Source: Candidatus Iainarchaeum sp.
GTDB taxonomy: Archaea; Iainarchaeota; Iainarchaeia; Iainarchaeales; JAZDFD01
Length of the DNA: 64,000 bases
Direction: 5' to 3'
NCBI GenBank assembly: GCA_043808155.1
Contig: JAZDFD010000034.1
Coordinates: 739 to 64,738 of the forward strand
Shown here: positions 36,947-46,490 of the stretch, one piece after another
Layout of the letters: every line of letters begins with the position of its first letter
Numbering within the stretch: the first letter of the stretch is position 1
The notes under the pieces: model-generated
Database searches by the model: none
Told to the model about the DNA's origin: nothing
What the model saw: only the letters and a program-made list of their open reading frames with translations
Made by a program: the position numbers and the translations under genes

Positions 36947-37996
36947 ATGGCAACAAAATCAGAAGAATGTGAAGAATATAGTGAAGATGAAGAACTGAAT
37001 AAAGAAATAATTGAAAAATCAAAGAAAAGTGAAAAATCAGGTTCTAAAGCTGGAAAAAAAATTAAAGATATTAAGGACCTTCCCGGAATTGGTCCGACAG
37101 CACTTGATAAATTATCAGCTGCGGGGTATTTAACAATTGAAAGTATTGCAGTTGCTTCACCTATGGAACTTACAGAAATTGCAGGACTTGGGGATGGCAC
37201 TGCAGGCAAAGCAATTATTGCTGCACGTGAAAGTCTTGAAATGGGATACGAATCTGCAGATAAAATTGTAGAAAGAAGAAAATTAGTTGGTAAAATTACA
37301 ACTGGCTCTAAAGAAGTAGATGCATTAATTGGTGGTGGGCTTGAAACCCAAAGTATCACTGAAGTTTATGGAAAAATGGCATCTGGAAAAACACAATGGT
37401 GTTTTCAGACATCCGTAACTGCACAGCTTCCTGAAGAACAAGGTGGTCTCGGAGGAAATGTTTTGTATATTGATTCTGAAAATAGTTTCAGACCTAACAG
37501 AATAATGTCAATTGCAAAAAAATATGATTTAGATCCCGAAGTAGTTCTGAAGAATATTTTTGTTGCACGCGCTTACAATGCAGCACATCAAATGTTATTG
37601 GCAGAAAAAGCAGAGTCACTGATTAAGGAAAAAAATATCAAATTATTAATTGTTGATTCATTAATGGCACATTTCAGAAGTGAGTATATTGGCAGAGGAA
37701 AATTAGCAGACAGACAACAGCAATTAAGTAAACACATGAGAACACTTGCAAAACTTGCTGAAATGAATAATGTAGCGGTTCTTGTTACAAATCAAGTAAT
37801 GTCAAGACCGGATATATTATTTGGCGACCCCACAGCACCTGTCGGAGGAAATATTATTGGCCATGCAAGTAAAGTCAGACTTTATCTGAGAAAGAGTAAG
37901 GGTGACAAAAGAGTTGCAAAATTAGTGGATGCCCCTGATTTACCCGATGGTGAAGCAATTTACAGAGTTACAGAAAATGGTTTAGAGGATGAGTAA
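36947..37996 (+). CDS. radA: DNA repair and recombination protein RadA with acidic/Lys-rich N-terminal extension
   Basis: HhH LPGIGPTALDKLSAAGY, P-loop GKMASGKTQ, YIDSENSFRP, LLIVDS, VLVTNQV. aggagg SD upstream. Confidence 0.9.
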   Translation: MATKSEECEEYSEDEELNKEIIEKSKKSEKSGSKAGKKIKDIKDLPGIGPTALDKLSAAGYLTIESIAVASPMELTEIAGLGDGTAGKAIIAARESLEMGYESADKIVERRKLVGKITTGSKEVDALIGGGLETQSITEVYGKMASGKTQWCFQTSVTAQLPEEQGGLGGNVLYIDSENSFRPNRIMSIAKKYDLDPEVVLKNIFVARAYNAAHQMLLAEKAESLIKEKNIKLLIVDSLMAHFRSEYIGRGKLADRQQQLSKHMRTLAKLAEMNNVAVLVTNQVMSRPDILFGDPTAPVGGNIIGHASKVRLYLRKSKGDKRVAKLVDAPDLPDGEAIYRVTENGLEDE

Positions 37997-38089
37997 TCCT
38001 CGTCTATTTTTTTATTTCGTTATTTGACGAGTATTGTATTTTGAATTGACTTAAAAAGATTTTCCTTTCATTTAATCATATATTGCTTA

Positions 38090-39055
38090 ATGGGAGGTAA
38101 TAATATGAAGCGTATTTTAGTGACGGGTTCTTCGGGACAAATCGGCTCAGATTTGGTTGTTGAATTAGCAAATAGATTTGGGAAAGAAAATGTTTTTGGT
38201 GCGGATTTGAAAGACCCTATAAACAAAAATGATATGGGCAAATTTTATACCACCGACATAACCAATAAAAATGCAGTTGAAGCACTTATAAAAAAATACG
38301 ACATCAATATAGTGTATCATTTGGCAGGACTTCTCTCAGCAACAGGTGAAAAAATGCCTGATGAAGCATGGCGGATAAATATGACGTCACTAAAGAATGT
38401 ATTAGATCTTGCAAGAGAATCTTCTTTTAGAGTGTTCTGGCCAAGTTCAATAGCTGCTTTTGGACCAAGTACACCACAGGAAAACACACCACAGCAAACA
38501 ATATTAGAACCAGCGACAATGTATGGTGTGACAAAAGTGTCAGGGGAACTTTTGTGCAATTACTATTTTCAAAAATATGGTGTTGATGTTAGAAGTTTAA
38601 GATATCCGGGATTAATTAGTTACAAAGCCGAACCAGGTGGCGGAACAACAGATTATGCAGTTGGGATTTATTATGGTGCACTGCAGGAAAAAAAATATAC
38701 TTGTTTTGTAAGAGAGAATACTGTGCTTCCAATGATGTATATGCCGGATGCAATAAATGCAACAATTGATGTTACAGAAGCACCTTCTGAAAAAATCAAA
38801 ACACGATTTAGTTACAACCTTGCAGCAATAAGTTTTTCAGCAAAAGAACAGGAAGAGTCTGTGAAAAAATATATCCCTGAGTTTTTTTGCACTTATGAAC
38901 CTGATTCACGGCAAAAGATTGCAGATTCATGGCCAAGAACAATTGATGATTCTTCAGCAAGAAAAGACTGGGGCTGGAAACATGAGTATGATTTGGACAG
39001 GATGACACAGGACATGCTTGAAAAATTAAAAGTTAAATTAGGAACTAAGGATTGA
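38090..39055 (+). CDS. tdh: L-threonine 3-dehydrogenase, SDR (UDP-glucose 4-epimerase-like) type
   Basis: ILVTGSSGQIGSDL, YGVTK, SLRYPGLISYKAEPGGGTTDYAV, LPMMYMPDA, WPRTIDDSSARKDWGW. Followed by kbl. Confidence 0.85.
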   Translation: MGGNNMKRILVTGSSGQIGSDLVVELANRFGKENVFGADLKDPINKNDMGKFYTTDITNKNAVEALIKKYDINIVYHLAGLLSATGEKMPDEAWRINMTSLKNVLDLARESSFRVFWPSSIAAFGPSTPQENTPQQTILEPATMYGVTKVSGELLCNYYFQKYGVDVRSLRYPGLISYKAEPGGGTTDYAVGIYYGALQEKKYTCFVRENTVLPMMYMPDAINATIDVTEAPSEKIKTRFSYNLAAISFSAKEQEESVKKYIPEFFCTYEPDSRQKIADSWPRTIDDSSARKDWGWKHEYDLDRMTQDMLEKLKVKLGTKD

Positions 39056-39056
39056 G

Positions 39057-40250
39057 GTGAATGAAATGGCAAGACCAGACGCATTTTTAGGAGAAGAAGT
39101 TGCAAGATTAAAAAAAGAAAATCTTGCATGGACACTAAGGGAATTGCAAAGTGCATCACAGCCACATGCAAGAGTGGACGGCAAAGAAGTATTGATGATG
39201 TGCACAAACAATTACCTGAATCTATCAACACATCCAAAAGTTGTAAATGCAATGATTGAAGCAACAAAAAAATGGGGCGCGGGAGCAGGCGCTGTTCCAG
39301 TGCTTTCAGGAAACACATCATTGCAGAAGGAATTTGAAACAAAGTTTGCAAAGTTTAAGGGAGTTGAAGCTTCGTTACTTTGCCAGACTGGTTTTGCTGT
39401 TAATTCAGGATTAATACCACAACTTGTTGGAAAAGGAGATCTTGTAATTTCTGACCAGTTAAATCACGGAAGTATTATTGATGGAGTAAGACTTTCAAAA
39501 GCAGAGCGAGGAATTTACAAGCATAGAGACACTGAAGATTTGGATAAAGTTTTGAGAGAAGCGCGGACAAAAGAATACAAAACAATTTTGATTATAACAG
39601 ACACTGTGTTTTCAATGGATGGTGACATTGCTCCATTGCCAGAGATTGCAAAATTAGCAGAAGAATATAATGCAATGGTAATGGTTGATGACTGCCATGG
39701 TGAAGGAATGCTGGGGAAAGGACGCGGCGGTGTTGCACACTTCAATCTTCAGGGGAAAATCCAGGTTGAAGGAGGCTCTTTAGGAAAAGGATTTGGTGTC
39801 ATTGGCGGGACAATCGCTGGAAGCAGAGATTTGATTGAGTTTGCTTATAACAAATCAAGAACCTGGCTGTTGAGTACTGCTCACTCACCAGGTGTGATTG
39901 CTGCATGTATTGCGTCAATTGAAGTTGTTGAAAAAGAACCTCAGCATGTAAAGAAGTTGTGGGACAACACAAATTACTTCAAAAAAGAACTTGATTCTCT
40001 CGGGTTTAATACAGGAAACAGTCAGACTCCAATAATACCAATAATTACAGGTGACCCTGGTTCGGCACAGGAATTTGGAAAAATTTTGATGGATGAAGAA
40101 AGTATCTTTGTCACTCCAATTGTTTTCCCAATGGTGGCTAAAGAGCTTTCAAGACTGAGAATTCAGATGAATGCCCAGATGACCAGAGATGACCTGACAC
40201 GCGCTCTTGGAGCAATGGAAAAGATTGGAAATAAATTGAAAATAATTTAG
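39057..40250 (+). CDS. kbl: 2-amino-3-ketobutyrate CoA ligase (glycine C-acetyltransferase)
   Basis: NNYLNLS, SDQLNHGSIIDG, TDTVFSMDGDIAPL, VDDCHG, GSLGKGFG (PLP lysine). Confidence 0.85.
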   Translation: MNEMARPDAFLGEEVARLKKENLAWTLRELQSASQPHARVDGKEVLMMCTNNYLNLSTHPKVVNAMIEATKKWGAGAGAVPVLSGNTSLQKEFETKFAKFKGVEASLLCQTGFAVNSGLIPQLVGKGDLVISDQLNHGSIIDGVRLSKAERGIYKHRDTEDLDKVLREARTKEYKTILIITDTVFSMDGDIAPLPEIAKLAEEYNAMVMVDDCHGEGMLGKGRGGVAHFNLQGKIQVEGGSLGKGFGVIGGTIAGSRDLIEFAYNKSRTWLLSTAHSPGVIAACIASIEVVEKEPQHVKKLWDNTNYFKKELDSLGFNTGNSQTPIIPIITGDPGSAQEFGKILMDEESIFVTPIVFPMVAKELSRLRIQMNAQMTRDDLTRALGAMEKIGNKLKII

Positions 40251-40323
40251 GGGCAAAACCCCTATTTTTCTACTTTTGAGCTCATTAGTAACTATTAAAA
40301 AGCAGTTTAGGCACTATTGTAAT

Positions 40324-40603
40324 GTGGGCTAGATCGGGGGGTCAGCGGTCCCCTGTCAGCGGAAATCCCGCTTTATGCCGCGATTGAAGCCTTTAGAGCA
40401 GTCATTTTAGTGGCGAGGGGCCATTATCCGTACATTGACCCTTTGTCTCCTTAGGTCCTTTTTTAGGATGAACCCCGCCAGATTCGGAAGAAAGCAACGG
40501 TAGTTCTAGGAAATGACGCTTTGGAGGTCTTAACGAAGGCGAGGAAAGATGATGGGCCACCCCTTTGTTTATTAAAGTGGCTCATCTTTAGGCACGCCCA
40601 CAC
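40324..40603 (+). ncRNA. archaeal signal recognition particle RNA (7S/SRP RNA)
   Basis: 5' GTGGGCTAGATCGGGGGGTCAGCGGTCCCCTGT resembles the archaeal SRP RNA 5' domain. Helix-8 motif CCGCCAGATTCGGAAGAAAGCAACGGTAG. 3' GCCCAC pairs with the 5' end. GC-rich island in an AT-rich spacer. Confidence 0.88.
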
Positions 40604-40996
40604 TTGCGTGATGACATGTATGATAAAAAAATTTCGGTAAAGGACCTAATAGCAGAAATGCGGAAAGAACTTAGAGAAGAGCCAGAAGATGGATTAGACA
40701 TTGGTTTTAAACCTTATTTTGAAGCACCTGCAAAAGCAGTAAATAAAAAAGTTATGGAAAAAAAGCCAATTAAGAAGAAATTAATAAAGAAGAAGGATGT
40801 TAAAAAAAAGGTTAAGGCAAAAAATGCTAAAACTAAAAAAAGAAAACCAATGAAAAAGAAAATAATTAGAAACAAAACTGTGAAGCGAAAAACAACTGCT
40901 AAGAAAAAATCAGTGAAAAATAAAATCATAAAAAAGAAATCTAAGAAAACGTCTGCAAAAATAGTCCGTAAGAAAACTGTGAAAAGAAGAAAATAA
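40604..40996 (+). CDS. Lys-rich basic protein (histone H1-like low-complexity tail); likely start ATG 40616
   Basis: About 85 C-terminal residues are mostly K with KKK(I/V)xxK periodicity. The acidic N-terminal 45 aa are non-repetitive. Confidence 0.45.
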   Translation: MRDDMYDKKISVKDLIAEMRKELREEPEDGLDIGFKPYFEAPAKAVNKKVMEKKPIKKKLIKKKDVKKKVKAKNAKTKKRKPMKKKIIRNKTVKRKTTAKKKSVKNKIIKKKSKKTSAKIVRKKTVKRRK

Positions 40997-41314
40997 TTAT
41001 TTCATTGCTTTTACAGCTTCATTATTCAGTTTAGATAATGCTTTTTGTAAGGCAGATACAACATCCCATTCAGTGGCTTTTGATGCAAGTGTTTTATTAT
41101 TTGTAATTAGCATTGCATTTACATCATATCGACTTTTATTACCAGTTTTGCTTGACTCTTTGAAATTTATTTTCAACGAAGTGCTTTCGCCAAAAAATTT
41201 TTCAAACTTGTCATATTGTCTTTCAGCAGTTTCAATGAGTAATTGTTTAGTCATACTATCTAATTCGGGCATATTTGACAATTCTATTTTTCTATCCATT
41301 AAATCACCTAGCAA
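40997..41314 (-). CDS. hpf: ribosome hibernation factor-like protein (HPF/RaiA/YfiA family, short form)
   Basis: By-eye alignment to the bacterial HPF pattern: I.L....EL......L.......K.EKFF......KI.F.....YDV.A.L......L.SKA...D...AL..AL.KL. Size 105 aa. Confidence 0.5.
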   Translation of the reverse strand: MLGDLMDRKIELSNMPELDSMTKQLLIETAERQYDKFEKFFGESTSLKINFKESSKTGNKSRYDVNAMLITNNKTLASKATEWDVVSALQKALSKLNNEAVKAMK

Positions 41315-42072
41315 GTTATTATTTTAATAAATTTTTCAGCATCTAAAGATGCAGCACCAACTAACAAACCATCAATGTCTTTTTGTTTCATTAATTCAGA
41401 TGCGTTTTCTGGTTTTGCGCTCCCGCCATATGCGATTTTTGTATTTTTTGCAACTTCATTATTATAATTTTGTGAAATCCATCCTCGTATGAATGCATGT
41501 GCTTTTTGTGCGTCTTCGGGTGTAGCTGGTTTTGTATTAGTATCTTGTTGTCCTTTGCTTATTGCCCAAACTGGTTCGTATGCAAAAGTTATTTGTTTTA
41601 TTTGTTCTGAATTTACATCTTTTAAACCAGAAGTTAACTGCATATTCAGAACTTTTTCAGTTTTACCTGCATCTTTCTGTTCTTTTGTTTCGCCAATGCA
41701 TAGTATTGGCTTTAATTTTTGTGCCAATGCAGAGTGTATTTTTTTATTTACATCTTTATCTGTTTCTCCGAATAAGTGTCTTCGTTCAGAATGTCCAATT
41801 AGCACATAAGAACAAAATTGCTTTGCCATTTCTGCGGAAATTTCACCAGTAAATGATCCATTGTTTTCATAAAAGATACTCTGTGATGCGAGCTTTATTT
41901 TTGTCTTTTGTGTGAGTTTGTAAATATCAGATAATGCGGTTGCAGGTGGTGCGATAACTATTTTAGAGGTGTGAGTCGCTACCTTTGGCAAAAAATCAGT
42001 TATGAACGCTATTGCTTCAGAATTGGTTTTGTTCATTTTCCAATTAGCAACAAAAATTGGGGTTCTAGGCAT
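41308..42072 (-). CDS. tpiA: triosephosphate isomerase, bacterial/eukaryal type
   Basis: FVANWKMN, IGHSERR, LCIGE, AYEPVWAI, IAYGGS, GLLVGAASL. Length 254 aa. Confidence 0.85.
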   Translation of the reverse strand: MPRTPIFVANWKMNKTNSEAIAFITDFLPKVATHTSKIVIAPPATALSDIYKLTQKTKIKLASQSIFYENNGSFTGEISAEMAKQFCSYVLIGHSERRHLFGETDKDVNKKIHSALAQKLKPILCIGETKEQKDAGKTEKVLNMQLTSGLKDVNSEQIKQITFAYEPVWAISKGQQDTNTKPATPEDAQKAHAFIRGWISQNYNNEVAKNTKIAYGGSAKPENASELMKQKDIDGLLVGAASLDAEKFIKIITC

Positions 42073-42153
42073 AAAATATAGTAAACTAGAAGGAATTTTT
42101 AAGGTTATGGGGGGTTATTTAAAGCTTTTCGAAGTGGAAAATTATCAGATACT

Positions 42154-44040
42154 ATGGATAAGGGAATAGTGACTATTAGCGAGATTATTCACAATGCACA
42201 AAGTTATGATTCTGAAATAAATGAAGACCAAATAAGAAAAGCATTTGATTTTGCAATGATGTTGGGGGAACAGCGAATAATGCTTTCATTTATTAAACCA
42301 CATAAAGAACATCTTTTAGACATTGCAAAAACAGTTACAGATCTTAAATTAGATTCTGAGACTATTTGTGCAGCTATACTTCATGAAGCAGTTATAGCAG
42401 ATGTGAGTGTTGAAAAATTAGAGGAATTATTTGGTAAAATAATTACCACAATTGTTAAAGAATACTCTGACACATACCTTGTTCTAGAAAGTAATAAGTC
42501 ACACTTGCCTGACGACAAACTTGCGACAATTATGCTCGCAATATCCAAAGATGTAAGAAGTGTGTTTGTGAGTATTTTTATTGCATTAGATACGCTTAGA
42601 TTTATTGATTATTATCCGAAAAATAAGCGAAAAGAGATTGCAAAATCCATACAAGCGATATATCTTCCAATTTGCCACAAACTAGGATTAATAGATATTG
42701 AATGGGAAATACAGGACAGGTGTTTTAAAATACTCGAACCTGACGCGTATGCGGAAATTAAAAGTAAAGTTTCTGAAAAAAGGGAAGCTAGAGAACTAAA
42801 AATAGAAGAGGCTGTAGCTGATGTTGAGTCACTTATTGGAAAACGGGGGAATTATAATTTAGTGGTTTACGGCAGAGCTAAGAGTTTTCATAGTACTTAT
42901 TTGAAAATGATGAACACGGGAAAAACCTTAACGGAGGTTAATGATTTTTTAGGTCTGCGTATTTTATGCAAAGATGAAAGTGAATGTTATAATATTCTGG
43001 GAGTTATTCACTCAAATTATATTTATTTACCTGAATATTTTGATGATTATATTTCACGACCTAAGAAAAACCATTACCAAAGCATACATACAACCGTAAT
43101 TTGGAAAAACCAGCCTCTCGAAATACAAATAAGAACTGAAAAAATGCATAATGAAGCAGAGGGCGGAATTGCCGCACATTGGAAATATAAAAAATATTCT
43201 AAAAATTTACATTTTGATAAAAAATTATCATGGGCAAGACAACTGGTTGAACGACAAAGAAAAATTAAAAATTTGGCCAGTGTTTTTCAATCAATAGAAA
43301 TGCAGTTAGGTAAATGTGAAATTTTTGTTCTAACTCCGAAGAAGGAAGTTATTGTGCTACCTGAAAAATCAACTCCGATTGATTTTGCATTTACAATTCA
43401 TACAAATTTGGGTAGCAAATGCAAACAGGCAAGAGTCAATGGCAGACTTGTTCCATTAGATTATCAATTAAGTAATGGTGATACAGTTGTAATTGACACA
43501 AGTAACAAAACTCAGACAAATAGAGGTTGGTTAGGGTTTGTTAAGTCTGAAAAAGCCAAGAAAAAAATTAGAAGCGCATTATCAATGATTCTTAAACCAA
43601 AAAAACACAAAATAGACACGCACATAAATGACGATAAAATAGTAATTGCAGAATGCTGTAACCCACTACCAGGCGACGATTGTATTGTATATAAAACAAC
43701 AAAAAGGAAATTGATGATTCACAGAAAAGATTGTGACAATGTTGAAAAAATTTCAAAAGAAAAAATATGTAAAACAGAAAAGGGATTTAAAAATATATTA
43801 CCTTTAAAATACACCACAAATATGAAAGTTAAAGCAACTGACAGAGCAGGCCTTTTAACGGATTTGTTGAATGTGTTTGATGATGCTAAACTTGAGGTTA
43901 TCAACACTGAGGCTAAAAGCAAGCCAGACGGCACAATAACCTGCATATTCAAAATTAATGTTAAAAACACGGAACAGGCAGAGGGCATTCTTACAAAGCT
44001 TAAATGTGTCGATTTTGTTCATAATGTTGAAAGAAATTAA
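42154..44040 (+). CDS. long RelA/SpoT homolog (pseudo-HD, (p)ppGpp synthetase, TGS, helical, Zn-finger, ACT/RRM domains)
   Basis: Synthetase motifs GRAKSFHSTYLKM, DFLGLRILC, YISRPKKNHYQSIHTTV and EIQIRTEKMHNEAEGGIAAHWKYK. TGS is IFVLTPKKEVIVLPEKSTPIDFAF..H. CCNPLPGDD..HRKDCDNV. ACT is KVKATDRAGLLTDLLNVF. Confidence 0.85.
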   Translation: MDKGIVTISEIIHNAQSYDSEINEDQIRKAFDFAMMLGEQRIMLSFIKPHKEHLLDIAKTVTDLKLDSETICAAILHEAVIADVSVEKLEELFGKIITTIVKEYSDTYLVLESNKSHLPDDKLATIMLAISKDVRSVFVSIFIALDTLRFIDYYPKNKRKEIAKSIQAIYLPICHKLGLIDIEWEIQDRCFKILEPDAYAEIKSKVSEKREARELKIEEAVADVESLIGKRGNYNLVVYGRAKSFHSTYLKMMNTGKTLTEVNDFLGLRILCKDESECYNILGVIHSNYIYLPEYFDDYISRPKKNHYQSIHTTVIWKNQPLEIQIRTEKMHNEAEGGIAAHWKYKKYSKNLHFDKKLSWARQLVERQRKIKNLASVFQSIEMQLGKCEIFVLTPKKEVIVLPEKSTPIDFAFTIHTNLGSKCKQARVNGRLVPLDYQLSNGDTVVIDTSNKTQTNRGWLGFVKSEKAKKKIRSALSMILKPKKHKIDTHINDDKIVIAECCNPLPGDDCIVYKTTKRKLMIHRKDCDNVEKISKEKICKTEKGFKNILPLKYTTNMKVKATDRAGLLTDLLNVFDDAKLEVINTEAKSKPDGTITCIFKINVKNTEQAEGILTKLKCVDFVHNVERN

Positions 44041-44091
44041 TTCTAAAAGAAAAGTATTATTAATAAAATAAACTTAATATTAGCGAGTTGT

Positions 44092-44832
44092 ATGAAACGT
44101 ATAAAAACAGGCATAACTGGTTTGGACGATCTTGTCGAAGGCGGGTTTCCGCAGAACAGAAGTGTTCTTGTAAGCGGAGGCTGCGGAACTGGGAAAACAA
44201 TTTTTTCAATGCAGTATATTTACAAGGGCGCTTCGGAGTATAATGAACCAGGTGTGTATGTAACGATGGATGAGAGACCGGAATTGATACGAGAGGATGT
44301 ATTGCGATTTGGGTGGGATTTAAAAAAATTAGAAGAACAAAATATGCTTCAGATTATTGACGGAAGTATTGCAAAACTTGGTTTTCCTTCAGAAGAAGAA
44401 TTTTCACTTCCTGTTACTGGTTTTGATATTGATAAACTGCTTTTGGAAATTATGCGCGTAGTAAAGCGGATGGGGGCCAAGAGATTAGTTATTGATAGTA
44501 TTCCGGCAATGGGATTTAATTTTGATAATCGTAATGATGCAAGAAAGGCAGTCTTGAAAATTAGTTATATGCTTACTAAATTAGGTGTTACGTCTTTACT
44601 TATTTCTGAGGTTGATGAGGGCGAACATAGCTTTGGAAAATATGGTGTTGAAGAATATGTTGTTGATGGGGTAGTTGTTTTGCATTATATGGGAATTGGC
44701 ACGCAGAGCAACAGAACTCTCCACATAAGAAAAATGCGGGCAACAAAACACTCAGAGGATTTACACCCGTTAGAAATCTCAGAAAAAGGTATCACTGTTA
44801 GAAGAATCGAAGAAGAATATGATAATGTATAA
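44092..44832 (+). CDS. KaiC-like RecA-superfamily ATPase (single domain)
   Basis: TGITGLDDLVEGGFPQNRSVLVSGGCGTGKTIFSMQYI, Walker B LVIDS, RTLHIRKMRATKH. Confidence 0.8.
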   Translation: MKRIKTGITGLDDLVEGGFPQNRSVLVSGGCGTGKTIFSMQYIYKGASEYNEPGVYVTMDERPELIREDVLRFGWDLKKLEEQNMLQIIDGSIAKLGFPSEEEFSLPVTGFDIDKLLLEIMRVVKRMGAKRLVIDSIPAMGFNFDNRNDARKAVLKISYMLTKLGVTSLLISEVDEGEHSFGKYGVEEYVVDGVVVLHYMGIGTQSNRTLHIRKMRATKHSEDLHPLEISEKGITVRRIEEEYDNV

Positions 44833-44833
44833 C

Positions 44834-46444
44834 TCATATAATTTCTTTTAATCTAGAAATGCATCTTTCTTTTCCCAATGCGAGAATTAGTGTACCTATT
44901 TGTGGCCCTTGTGATTTGCCAATTAGAAGTAAATATAGCAACTGGAACATTCTTTTTGGTTGAATTTCATTTGCTTTTGCAGAATCAAAAATTGTTTGTT
45001 TAATTTCATCCTCTAGGGATTTGTTTTGCATATTAGATGCAATTTCAGACAATGCTTTTTTCTCAGTTTGAGAAATTTCATTTATTATATCATCTGAAAC
45101 AGAATCAGTAAATGCAATTTTGAATTCGTCGGGTGCGTAGTTTTCAACCCAATATTTTGCGCGTATTAATTTTTTCTGAATTTTTTCTTTTTGTGCGATT
45201 GTCAATTCTGTTTTAGGGAGGTGTCCCATCACTTTCAAAAGAGTGATTGTTTCAGGGAGTTGTGTTTCGGGGTTGTGGATTTGACTGAGGAAGGTTGCAA
45301 ATTGATATGCAATTTGAATGGGTGTTTCTTTAGAGGTTTGCCCTGCAACTGAAAGTTCATATTCCCGTTTTATTTTGTTGTTTAATTTTTCACTTCTGTC
45401 TTCTTCTAAATTATAGTAAATTCTTTCTGCTCTTTCAAATCGTTCCATTAAAAGCACAAATGAATTGTCTTTGAGACTGAAATCAATTGCTTTATTTGGT
45501 TTGTAACTAAAATTTAAAAATCTGAATGTTTCTGGTTGTGCTACTTTCAACCATTCTTCTAAAGTAATTACATTTCCAACAGAACCTGCCATTTTCGCAC
45601 CTTTCACTTGGATAAATTCAGTAGGGAGTTGATATGGACCTTGCAGATTGAAAATTTCTTTCATAAATGCTTGTGAAACATCTACACTTCCACCTTTTGA
45701 AAAGTGATCTTTTCCACCTGATTCAAAATCAACTTTGTTATATGCCCAAAACGCAGACCAATGTACGCGCCAGTGTAGTTTTGAATTTCCATTTAAGGGA
45801 GAGATGAGCCCAGTGGATCCGCACTTACATTTGTATGTTATTTCTTTGCCATTCCACTCCAAAGCAGTAGTAAACGCAAGTTTTCCACAATCAGGACATA
45901 AAATTTTAACAGGAAGAAAGGATTTTGATTTTTCTGAGCCTGAAACTCTGTTCCAAACGTCAACAATTTTTTCGGAGTTATTTAGGGAATGGATAATTAA
46001 ATCATTAAATTTTCCCGCTTTGTAAGTTTCATATGCAGATATAATTTTTGGTTCAATTCCAAAGTTGGGAATAAAATCTTTTACCTGAATTACAAATGCA
46101 TCTGCCCATGTGTTATAACCCGGTAAAGGAGAGGGGGCTAATGCGCAAGGAAAGCCGATAAATTTTTCATATTCGGATTCTTTTATTTCAAGACCAGAAG
46201 GAATTTTTTTAATATCATCAAAATCATCAATAATGAAAAGCTGTGTGGAATTATAACCTCTATTTTCAAGTGCGTGATGAACAGCGTAAGGTGTAAAAAG
46301 TTCAGTTCTTGCATTCCCTATATGGAAGTAGCCTGATGGTGTCCACATACCTTCACAGATGTATGATGCTTTGTTTCTCTGCAAAAGTACGTCTGCGGCA
46401 GCATCTGCCCAGTTTGTTAATTCGATTTCTTTTTGTTCTGGCAT
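44834..46444 (-). CDS. lysK: lysyl-tRNA synthetase, class I
   Basis: Class I signatures FHIGNARTE (HIGH) and KMAGSVGN (KMSKS), Cys cluster CPDCG...CKCG. Size 536 aa. Confidence 0.88.
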   Translation of the reverse strand: MPEQKEIELTNWADAAADVLLQRNKASYICEGMWTPSGYFHIGNARTELFTPYAVHHALENRGYNSTQLFIIDDFDDIKKIPSGLEIKESEYEKFIGFPCALAPSPLPGYNTWADAFVIQVKDFIPNFGIEPKIISAYETYKAGKFNDLIIHSLNNSEKIVDVWNRVSGSEKSKSFLPVKILCPDCGKLAFTTALEWNGKEITYKCKCGSTGLISPLNGNSKLHWRVHWSAFWAYNKVDFESGGKDHFSKGGSVDVSQAFMKEIFNLQGPYQLPTEFIQVKGAKMAGSVGNVITLEEWLKVAQPETFRFLNFSYKPNKAIDFSLKDNSFVLLMERFERAERIYYNLEEDRSEKLNNKIKREYELSVAGQTSKETPIQIAYQFATFLSQIHNPETQLPETITLLKVMGHLPKTELTIAQKEKIQKKLIRAKYWVENYAPDEFKIAFTDSVSDDIINEISQTEKKALSEIASNMQNKSLEDEIKQTIFDSAKANEIQPKRMFQLLYLLLIGKSQGPQIGTLILALGKERCISRLKEII

Positions 46445-46490
46445 TTGAATCTTAATAATTAGAGGCTTATATAATTAAAAAGTATAAGAG

